Source: Narcine bancroftii (Eukaryota). Taken from it: 64,000 nucleotides of DNA. Shown piece after piece: positions 13,330 through 22,450 of the stretch. Each line of letters starts with the position of its first letter. Position 1 is the first letter of the stretch. The notes under the pieces are model-generated. The model ran no database searches. It was not told the origin of the DNA and saw only the letters and a program-made list of their open reading frames with translations. The stretch is taken from assembly GCF_036971445.1 (NCBI RefSeq), contig NC_091480.1:5828001-5892000 (forward strand). Reading direction: 5' to 3'. A program made the position numbers and the translations under genes.

Positions 13330-13335
13330 AATAAA
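13330..13335 (+). terminator. Probable polyadenylation signal of the kelch gene (implies a ~1.8-kb 3'UTR)
   Basis: AATAAA at the end of an AU-rich, non-repetitive tract (about 12900-13330). Another AATAAA lies near 12993. Confidence 0.45.
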
Positions 13336-13759
13336 ACACTGACCTTTTGCTCCTGGAATCTTTCAGTTTATTGTCATATATTCAGCGTTTACCTTAAAAG
13401 ATAAAAGAGGAACTCACCGGTCTCGCAGTGTCCATAGGAGGTAGAGATACATGACAGACGTTTCGGGCCCCAGCCCCAAGGTAAGAGCTCACTTCACCAG
13501 TGTTTTCTTTTGCCCTGCTATGATACACCACTAGTCCAGGGCTTCTGTCTGGACAAAAGATTCCTTCAGATAGTGTCTGTAGATATTGGCATTTTGGTCT
13601 CTCTTTTATTTGATACCTAGCCTAGGTCAGGACATTGTGGTACAACTGGAACACTAAATGTGCCTCAGTGGACTGTTGTGGCTGATGGGATGCCGCAAGG
13701 AGTGGATTATCCTTCTCCTTGGGACACTAGATCAAATGCATTTAATGGAAGGTATGGAG

Positions 13760-14220
13760 CTATGAAGAGAAGATGGCCTGGATTGGAGAACGTGCCTTAC
13801 GAGGCAAGGTTACAAAACTGGGGCCTTTTTGGGGCCAAGAAGGATGAGAAGAGACTTGAGCAGGTTGACAAGATTCTGAGAGGCATAGACAGGGTGAATG
13901 GCCAGCACCTGTCTCCCAGGGCAGGATCAGCAAACACCAGAGGACATGCGTACAAAGTGAAGGGAAGGACTGTTCAGGGGAGATCACAGGCTGGTGTTTT
14001 TTTTTTACCCCTCATACAGAGAGAGTAGTGGGTGCCTGGAATGCATTGACAGGGTGGCAGTGGAGGCTGGTATAATAGGAACTTTTAAGAGATGCTTAGG
14101 CACGTGGATGAAAGAAAAATAGAAGCCTCTGAGTGTGAGGTAGGGAAGGATTAGATTGTTGAGTAGGTTTCTTTTGTCAGCACATTGTGGGCCAAAGGGT
14201 CTGAGCTGTAATGTTCTATG
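13760..14220 (+). mobile_element. CR1-type LINE 3' fragment
   Basis: PGLENVPYEARL...[14 protein letters not shown] peptide remnant. Confidence 0.75.
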
Positions 14221-15067
14221 TATGTAATATTTACAATATCCTTGACAATCACAAGAAGTGGATTTGTTAATTGCTAAAGGTTGACTGAGAGTTTATGTTT
14301 ATATTCATGGGATCTGAAATTCCCTCCCGCAAGGGTGACAGAATTCAACTCCAAGACAGAGCAGACCATTCGGCCCATCTTGTCTGTGCTGACCAAGTTA
14401 GCCTTCTAAGCTGCTGTTTGGCCAGAAATCTATCCAAATATCAGAATTGTGCCCACTTATACAACTTCCTCTGGCAGTTCATTTCGGATATGGTCCACCC
14501 TTTGAGTGAAAAACATGTCCCTCAGAAATCTCTCTTCTTAAACTAAAACCCTCGAGTTCTAGAACCATCTACTCTGGAAAGACTGAGCATTCAGTTTATC
14601 CACACACTGGTGTTTATAAACATCTACAAGATAACCCCTCCAGGGAGTAAGACCTAGCCTATCTAACCTCTCCCTATAACTGGTCCCCACAACTTCCTGC
14701 ATGAATGCGAGAGATGACCTGTTAAGACTGTTCATTGTAGTTGGCACAAATGAATGAAAAATGGAATGAGATTCTTGGGAAGCACATGGGCAGAAAAGAA
14801 TGTGAAATTGGGGAAAACGACCCCCCCCCCCCAACACCTTGCTGAACGATTGAACAAAGCTGTGGGGGTGACTAGCCCTCCTGCTTCCCATAATTTAGCT
14901 TGTGGCAGGATTTGAAAGGAGGGGACAAAAGTCCTCACGATGACCATTTTATTTAAGAAAACCAAGGAACACAAGTAATCCAAGCACTACTTTCTAAAGC
15001 AGTTTAAAGAGTCCAGCAGAAAGACGCACATCCAGTTTTGCCTCGAGTACCCTACTCTCGCTGCATT

Positions 15068-17405
15068 TCACACCAGGAGACGCTCCACTGCCTGTTGAAC
15101 GGACTGTATCTGAGGCTTCAGCTGTGAGCCTTCCTTTATGGTGACAGACGATGCAATGACAGGCCTGCACACGCCGCATGCTCGACCCAGAGCCTGCTTG
15201 GACCTTACAAAGACGTACGGCACATTCTTGTCTTCACACAGAAGCGGTAAATGAAGAATGATCTCTAGGGGTTCAGCATCTGCTGCCATCACGATGAACT
15301 CGGCGATACCTCTGTTCAGTGTCTTGGTTGCTGCAAAGAAAGAGGAGAGGTCAGATCCAGGCAAGGGCAGCTCACCACCCCAGGTAGTGTATCATCTTCC
15401 ATCTCCCCTTGTCACCACCCAGTCTGGGAGGAAAGAACAATTACACCCTGTCACCAACCCCCCCCCCCCCCACAAAAGCTCAAGGCCATGATTACAACTC
15501 CCTCCACAGATTCAGCACCAATCCTCAGGTAACAGATGTCCCCTCCCACCTATCATGCACCTACTCCCCTTCCTCAGAAGGGACACAATGCCACTATTAC
15601 CCATTCTACTAATTGCAATTCCCCAATTTGTTGTGCTGTCCGGCTTGGTGCTAATTGATCGTCTCACTGCAATCTGAAACAACCATGCTCAGTGTTTTTT
15701 TTTTAAATAATTTTTTTATTTTTCACACTATGAACCATATTAATCAAAATACCATGCTCAGTGTTGATGGTCAGTTGTGGTCACCTCACTACAGGATGTG
15801 GACACCACATAAAAAGTGCAGATAGGGCAAGGAAGCTGCCTGGATTGGAAGGCATGGCTGGTGACCAGAGGTTGAGCGGTTGGTCTTTTCTCTTTGCGAT
15901 GGAGGATGAGAATGTACAAGGTAATGAGGGGCATTGATTGTGTGGGTGGCCAGAGGCTTTCTCCTTGGGCTGAAATGGCTAACACATGGGTCAGAGATTT
16001 GTGTTTGGGAGTAAGTGCAGAGGGCTGTAAGAAGTTTTTCAGAGTGGTGGGGGCACATCAGCGATGGAGGCACATCAGCGATGGAGGCAGGTACAATTGG
16101 ATCTTTTAAGAGACTATTAGATAGGTGGGGTTTTTTTTAATTTAATTTTTTAAAAATTTTGACACATAACAGTGTCAGGTCATTTTGACCCACAAGCCTG
16201 TGCTGCTCAATTAACCTACAATCCCTATTATGCTTTGAACAGTGGGAGGAACCCACGCAAACACAGGGAGAATGTACAAACTCCCTACAGACAGCGTGGG
16301 ATTCAAGCCCCAGTCCTGATAAATGGTGCTATAATGGGGCCGAACCAACAGTGTTGCCATCCAACCATGGTGTAGGAAATTCTAGGCAGTTGTTAGAGTA
16401 GGTTATTAAGTCAGTACAACACTGTGAGCCAAAGAGATTTCTATGTTGTAAATTATAAAAACAATGCTGGAGAAACTCGGCAGGTCAGTGCACTTTGTGT
16501 AACAAAGTTTCAATCAGGTTTGAGTCCTTCATCAAGATATAGTCAGGTTCTTTTATCTTTGCTGCATAAAGGACAGTCTTTGACTTGCTGAGTTTCTCCA
16601 GCATTGTCTTTTAACCACGTTGTACTATTTGACAGATAAACTTCCAACCTAATGCAAATGCTAAGAGATTACTTTGTCCTTGTTAAAACCCGTTTCTCCT
16701 CCCAACTGCAGCACAGTTCGACATCAGGAAGCAGATCAGCAATAGCTTAATGGTGCGTCGAATGAACTGGCCAGATTCCCCTCCAACATTACCTTCATTG
16801 GCCCCCTTCCGGAGTTGCTTGTAGTTGCCCGCTTGTTGAACCAGATCCAGTATGGTCCTGGTCAGCTGCGCATCTGCGAGCGGGTAGGCCTTTGGATTCA
16901 CCTCTTGGTCTGTCTGTGATAGAGAAGGACACGGGTTTAGGAGTCAGATCATCACCAAGCCCATTACTTAACTGACCCAGCGCTGGACGAACTCAGCAGG
17001 TACCAGAGATAGAGAAGCAGGCGGAGCCCTTCATCAGGCTCTGTAGGCAGGCGCCCGAGATTCCCCCTCCGCGGGACCTCCCTCCCTTCCCGGGACCTTC
17101 CTCCCCGAGACCCCTCCCCAGGACCCCCCCCTCCCTTCCCGGGAACCTCCCTCCCCGAGACCCCCCCCTCCCCAGGACCCCCCCCCTCCCTTCCCGGGAA
17201 CCTCCCTCCCTGAGACCCCTCCCCAGGACCCCCCCCCTCCCTTCCCGGGAACCTCCCTCCCTGAGATTCCCCTCCTCCCTGGGACTCTCCCTCCCTCCCC
17301 GGGACGACCCCCCTCCCTTCCAGGCGCCGCCTGGCCTCGAGGCCCCTCGGGCCCGCTCCGCCTCTCCATGTGGGCCCGGTCCCGCCGCCGCCGCCCGCTC
17401 ACCAT
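15068..17405 (-). CDS. SNU13: SNU13/NHP2L1 (15.5K), L7Ae-family kink-turn-binding protein of the U4 snRNP and box C/D snoRNPs, 128 aa
   Basis: Exon 1 is the ATG only, 17405-17403, followed by GTGAG. Exon 2 is 16913-16793 ([40 protein letters not shown]) and exon 3 is 15330-15068 ([54 protein letters not shown]...ERLLV*). 3+121+263 = 387 nt. Confidence 0.98.
15697..15750 (-). mobile_element. Extremely 5'-truncated L1-like insertion
   Basis: Poly-T tail plus the family 3' end, flanked by a perfect 15-bp TSD ACCATGCTCAGTGTT (15682-15696 and 15751-15765). Confidence 0.75.
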
Positions 17406-17580
17406 CCTCTCCGCGCCGTGACCCGACTCCCCACCGCCGCTCTCCGCGCCCTCGGTCGCCTCTTCACGGAGGACAGGTCCCGATACGCTGCTCGCCCACC
17501 GCACGGTCCCGCACGCCTGCGACAAGCGCCGACTTCCGCCTCATACTGGGGGTGAGCGCCACCTCCGTCCGGGATGACCC
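17040..17580 (-). promoter_or_regulatory. CpG island / promoter and exon 1 of SNU13
   Basis: High GC and CpG content around the ATG exon, with an ETS-type ACTTCCG motif near 17532-17538. Confidence 0.7.
17070..17320. repeat. C-rich (G-rich on the SNU13 sense strand) ~50-bp tandem repeat, 4-5 copies, in SNU13 intron 1
   Basis: Recurrent unit CCCTTCCCGGGAACCTCCCTCCCCGAGACCCCTCCCCAGGACCCCCCC. Confidence 0.85.
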
Positions 17581-18137
17581 AATGACCGCAGATGCCTTTG
17601 TATAGGACGACCCAACAAAAAAATTATCCTATACACCGGGTCTAGAAATTCTCACCGAAATCTCGACCTTGCCCATGCTCCGTTGTTTATTTGAGGTCTC
17701 AGCGCTCCTCCTTTTCACTTTGGAGCAAAGAAAGATGAGAGGAGACTTGATAGAGGTCGACAAGATTCTGAGAGGCATAGACATGCTGGACAGTCAGCAC
17801 CTGTTTCCCAGAGCAGGATCAGTAAACACCAGAGAACGTGTATAAAGTGAAGGAGGGGAAGTTATTTTATATAGAGAGCTGTGGGTTCCTGGAATGTGTT
17901 GCTGGGATGGTGGTGGAAGCTGCACTTGTTTTGGTCTCACGTACGGGATTTCTTTAGGGGAAGAGAGGAGAACTTCAGTGAAAACAGAACTTCTTCAGGG
18001 TCTTTCAAGTCATTCAAGGTCTTCCTGAAGTCCACGATCATCTCCTTCATTGTGTCTTTCATGTTATAACCATCTTATGACTACTATAAAATAAAATGTT
18101 AGCAATAATGGTGCACGAAAGGTAAGGCAGTTTCTTT

Positions 18138-18421
18138 TTTTAATTAGAATTTTTTTATTTTTCACACTGTGAACCATGTCAACCAAAATACATACCAACA
18201 TTTCCCTCTTAAATATACACAGTGGCATTTTCTCCCCTTTTTTCCCCCCTCCCTTCCCTCCCCCCCTTCCCACCCCCCCCCCCCCAAAACCAATAAACAT
18301 TCAACATATACAACACAATAAAACCATTAAACAATGTCATCACACAATGGAAAATAAACAAGAAAAATGTGTCATCTACTTTTACACACTGGATCAAGTC
18401 ATTTTGTCTTATCATTTTAGG
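18138..18421 (-). mobile_element. 5'-truncated L1-like 3' end inserted into a Rex1 3' end
   Basis: Same 3' end as the 15697 and 59449 copies; 12-bp TSD GGCAGTTTCTTT. Confidence 0.75.
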
Positions 18422-19249
18422 GGCAGTTTCTTTGGTTCATTGATTATTCAGGAATCTGACAGCATTGGGGAAGAAGATGTCCTTGAGCTTCTGAGTGGTC
18501 GCCTTCAGGTTCCTGAACCTTTTCCCTGATGGTAGCGGGGTGAAGAGGCCTTGGTGTCATTACACTATTTAATGGCTGATCTATCTCCCTCCTGTATGCT
18601 TCCTTGTTGCCATTTGTGATTCTGCCATTAGGGCACTGACCCCACCTCCCTTCAGTTCTGTGACCACATCGCCCTGACACACCCCTCTCCGTCTGACCAA
18701 CGGTGACCCTGTCTGTAGACAGCCGGCTGGTGGAACATCAGACTACTCCCAATCCTGCTCCCTGTAGGTCCTGTAGACAGAGGAGGTCACTGGTGACACT
18801 AAACCTTTAGTCTTGGCAGTTTTTTTACTGTTCCAGATCTAAGGGAGGAGTTGGGGGGGGGGGGGGGGGTCCTGTTCTAAAAGGAGGGGTGAATGTGGTG
18901 ATGTTTCCTCCATTGTATCTAGTTAACATTGTCGGTTGTATATTGCCCACAGATGACTCCTACCCGATGACTCCTGCACCATGGTCCTGGGGCCATTCCT
19001 ATCCTGGTTCTTCTGTGTATTAGAGCCTATCGTTCCCTCAGCTTGTCTCTGCGATTACTGGTAGTTCCATACAAGCACATACATCATATGCAACCCTGAG
19101 ATTATTATTCCTGGCGGCACAGCACTTACTGGTCGTGCAAAAATAAACTGTAAACTGATAAAGAATGTAAACAAGCCATGCAATACAGAGACCATCAAAA
19201 AGATCATCAATAAAGAACACCATCATATTGTGCGTGGCATGGAGAAGCT

Positions 19250-21975
19250 GACCGCCATGTTGTGCGTGGCACGGGGACGCGAAGCCGCCATGTAGGGTAT
19301 GGCACGGCGGGGGTGAGCCCGGCCGCCATGTTGTGCGTGACACGGGTACGCGAAGCCGCCATGTTGTTTGTGGCGCGGGGGGGGGAGAGAGCCCGGCCGC
19401 CATGTTGTGCGTGGCACGGGGACGCGAAGCCGCCATGTTGGGTATGGCACGGGGGGGAGGGAGGGGGCGGGGGAGACCCGGCCGCCATGTTGTGCGTAAC
19501 ACGGGTACGCGAAGTCGCCATGTTGTGTGTGGCGCGGGGGGGAGAGAGCCCGGCCGCCATGTTGTGTGTGGCGCGGGGGGGAGCCCGGCCGCCATCTTGT
19601 GCGACACGGGTACGCGAAGCCGCCATGTTGTGTGTGGCGCGGGGGGGAGAGAGCCGGCCGCCATGTTGTGTGTGGCACGGTGGGGGGCGGGGGGGAGCCC
19701 GGCCGCCATGTTGTGCGTGACAAGGGTACGCGAAGCCGCCATCTTGTGTGTGGGGCGGGGGGAGAGAGACCGGCCGCCATGTTGTGTGTGGCGCGGGGGG
19801 GAGCCCGGCCGCCATGTTTTGAGTGACACGGGTACGCGAAGCCGCCATGTTGTGTGTGGCGCGGGGGAGAGAGCCCGGCCGCCATGTTGTGTGTGGCACG
19901 GTGGGGGGCGGGGGGGAGCCCGGCCGCCATGTTGTGCGTGACACGGGTACGCGAAGCCGCCATGTTGTGTGTGGCACGGTGGGGGGCGGGGGGAGCCCGG
20001 CCGCCATGTTGTGCGTGACACGGGTACGCGAAGCCGCCATGTTGTGTGTGGCGCGGGGGGGGGAGCCCGGCCGCCATGTTTTGAGTGACACGGGTACGCG
20101 AAGCCGCCATGTTGTGTGTGGCGCGGGGGGGAGAGAGCCTGGCCGCCATGTTGTGTGTGGCGCGGGGGGGGGGGAGCCCGGCCGCCATGTTTTGAGTGAC
20201 ACGGGTACGCGAAGCCGCCATGTTGTGTGTGGCGCGAGGGGGAGAGAGCCCGGCCGCCATGTTGTGTGTGTCGCGGGGGGGGCCGGCCGCCATGTTGTGC
20301 GTGACACGGGTACGCGAAGCCGCCATGTTGTGTGTGGCGCGGGGGAGAGAGCCCGGCCGCCATGTTGTGCGTGACACGGGTACGCGAAGCCGCCATGTTG
20401 TTTGTGGCGCGGGGGGGGGAGAGAGCCCGGCCGCCATGTTGTGCGTGGCACGGGGACGCGAAGCCGCCATGTTGGGTATGGCACGGGGGGGAGGGAGGGG
20501 GCGGGGGAGACCCGGCCGCCATGTTGTGCGTAACACGGGTACGCGAAGTCGCCATGTTGTGTGTGGCGCGGGGGGGAGAGAGCCCGGCCGCCATGTTGTG
20601 TGTGGCGCGGGGGGGAGCCCGGCCGCCATCTTGTGCGACACGGGTACGCGAAGCCGCCATGTTGTGTGTGGCGCGGGGGGGAGAGAGCCGGCCGCCATGT
20701 TGTGTGTGGCACGGTGGGGGGCGGGGGGGAGCCCGGCCGCCATGTTGTGCGTGACAAGGGTACGCGAAGCCGCCATCTTGTGTGTGGGGCGGGGGGAGAG
20801 AGACCGGCCGCCATGTTGTGTGTGGCGCGGGGGGGAGCCCGGCCGCCATGTTTTGAGTGACACGGGTACGCGAAGCCGCCATGTTGTGTGTGGCGCGGGG
20901 GAGAGAGCCCGGCCGCCATGTTGTGTGTGGCACGGTGGGGGGCGGGGGGGAGCCCGGCCGCCATGTTGTGCGTGACACGGGTACGCGAAGCCGCCATGTT
21001 GTGTGTGGCACGGTGGGGGGCGGGGGGAGCCCGGCCGCCATGTTGTGCGTGACACGGGTACGCGAAGCCGCCATGTTGTGTGTGGCGCGGGGGGGGGGGA
21101 GCCCGGCCGCCATGTTTTGAGTGACACGGGTACGCGAAGCCGCCATGTTGTGTGTGGCGCGGGGGGGAGAGAGCCTGGCCGCCATGTTGTGTGTGGCGCG
21201 GGGGGGGGGGAGCCCGGCCGCCATGTTTTGAGTGACACGGGTACGCGAAGCCGCCATGTTGTGTGTGGCGCGAGGGGGAGAGAGCCCGGCCGCCATGTTG
21301 TGTGTGTCACGGTGGGGGGCGGGGGGGGCCGGCCGCCATGTTGTGCGTGACACGGGTACGCGAAGCCGCCATGTTGTGTGTGGCGCGGGGGAGAGAGCCC
21401 GGCCGCCATGTTGTGCGTGACACGGGTACGCGAAGCCGCCATGTTGTGTGTGGCGCGGGGGGGGGAGCCCGGCCGCCATGTTTTGAGTGACACGGGTACG
21501 CGAAGCCGCCATGTTGTGTGTGGCACGATGGGGGGCGGGGGGAGCCCGGCCGCCATGTTGTGCGTGACACGGGTACGCGAAGCCGCCATGTTGTGCGTGG
21601 CGCGGGGGGGGGGGGGAGCCCGGCCGCCATGTTTTGAGTGACACGGGTACGCGAAGCCGCCATGTTGTGTGTGGCGCGGGGGGGAGAGAGCCTGGCCGCC
21701 ATGTTGTGTGTGGCGCGGGGGGGGGGAGCCCGGCCGCCATGTTTTGAGTGACACGGGTACGCGAAGCCGCCATGTTGTGTGTGGCACGGTGGGGGGCGGG
21801 GGGGAGCCCGGCCGCCATGTTGTGCGTGACACGGGTACGCGAAGCCGCCATGTTGTGTGTGGCGCGGGGGGGGAGCCCGGCCGCCATGTTTTGAGTGACA
21901 CGGGTACGCGAAGCCGCCATGTTGTGTGTGGCACGGTGGGGGGCGGCGGGGGGAGCCCGGCCGCCATGTTGTGCG
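19250..21975. repeat. Compound minisatellite of ~74 YY1-type motifs immediately upstream of UQCRC2
   Basis: Two interspersed unit types share the core GCCGCCATGTT. Type A (33 bp) is GCCGCCATGTTGTGCGTGACACGGGTACGCGAA; type B (~35-48 bp) is GCCGCCATGTTGTGTGTGGCGC(G)nAGAGAGCCCG. A hand count gives 74 cores, with an internal 1034-bp duplication. Confidence 0.97.
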
Positions 21976-22450
21976 TCCCATCGCGACCGGAGACACGGGA
22001 GGATGCGGTCGGTGAGGAGGGTGAACTCAGCGCTCGCAAACTTCACCGTAAGCGGCCTTTGTCTGTGGCTCAGCCCGGTGACCGAGTCACCGTGAGATTA
22101 CTACCGCGCGGCCCCCCCCCCCCCCCACCCGCCACAAACCGAGGAAAGCCCGGTGAGGCCGGCCCCGAGGCCTAGTCCGGTTCCCGAGTTCTCGGCCACA
22201 AGCGTCTGGGTCCTAGAGCCGTCTTCACCCCGCAGAACCGGCTGTTAAACACGGCGGAAACGGGCGGCCGGGCTTGGAGTGCGGATGGTCCCGGGCCGGT
22301 GCCTGAAGGTCATTGATCTGCCGGGCCCGGGGAGGGAGCGCGGGCCCGGGGAGGGAGCGCGGGCCCGGGGAGGGAGCGCGGGCCCGGGGAGGGAGCGCGG
22401 GCCCGGGGAGGGGAGGGGGACGTGATCGCCGTGGGCCCCAAGCCTGTGCT
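21960..22450 (+). promoter_or_regulatory. UQCRC2 CpG-island promoter / exon 1 region
   Basis: CpG-rich. The last YY1-type core is at 21960-21971, the ATG at 22003 and the GTAAGC donor at 22048. Confidence 0.7.

Noticed and set aside
16710-16775. Autoregulatory kink-turn or snoRNA in SNU13 intron 2 (CTGA...TGATG inside a TTCGAC/GTCGAA inverted repeat on -)
   Set aside because: Only 9 nt separate the boxes, too few for the canonical stem plus bulge, and there is no complete C/D snoRNA architecture. Conservation data would be needed.
17034-17525. 163-aa Gly-rich ORF
   Set aside because: It is read-through of the SNU13 5'UTR and the intron 1 G-rich repeat.
19250-21975. CRISPR-like repeat-spacer array
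   Set aside because: The context is eukaryotic with no cas genes, and the spacers are themselves repeated variants rather than unique sequences.
19038-22046. 1002/938/596-aa ORFs as a real protein-coding gene
   Set aside because: All frames translate the same tandem repeat, switch register at variable G-runs and show no domain. The ORFs arise from stop-poor composition.
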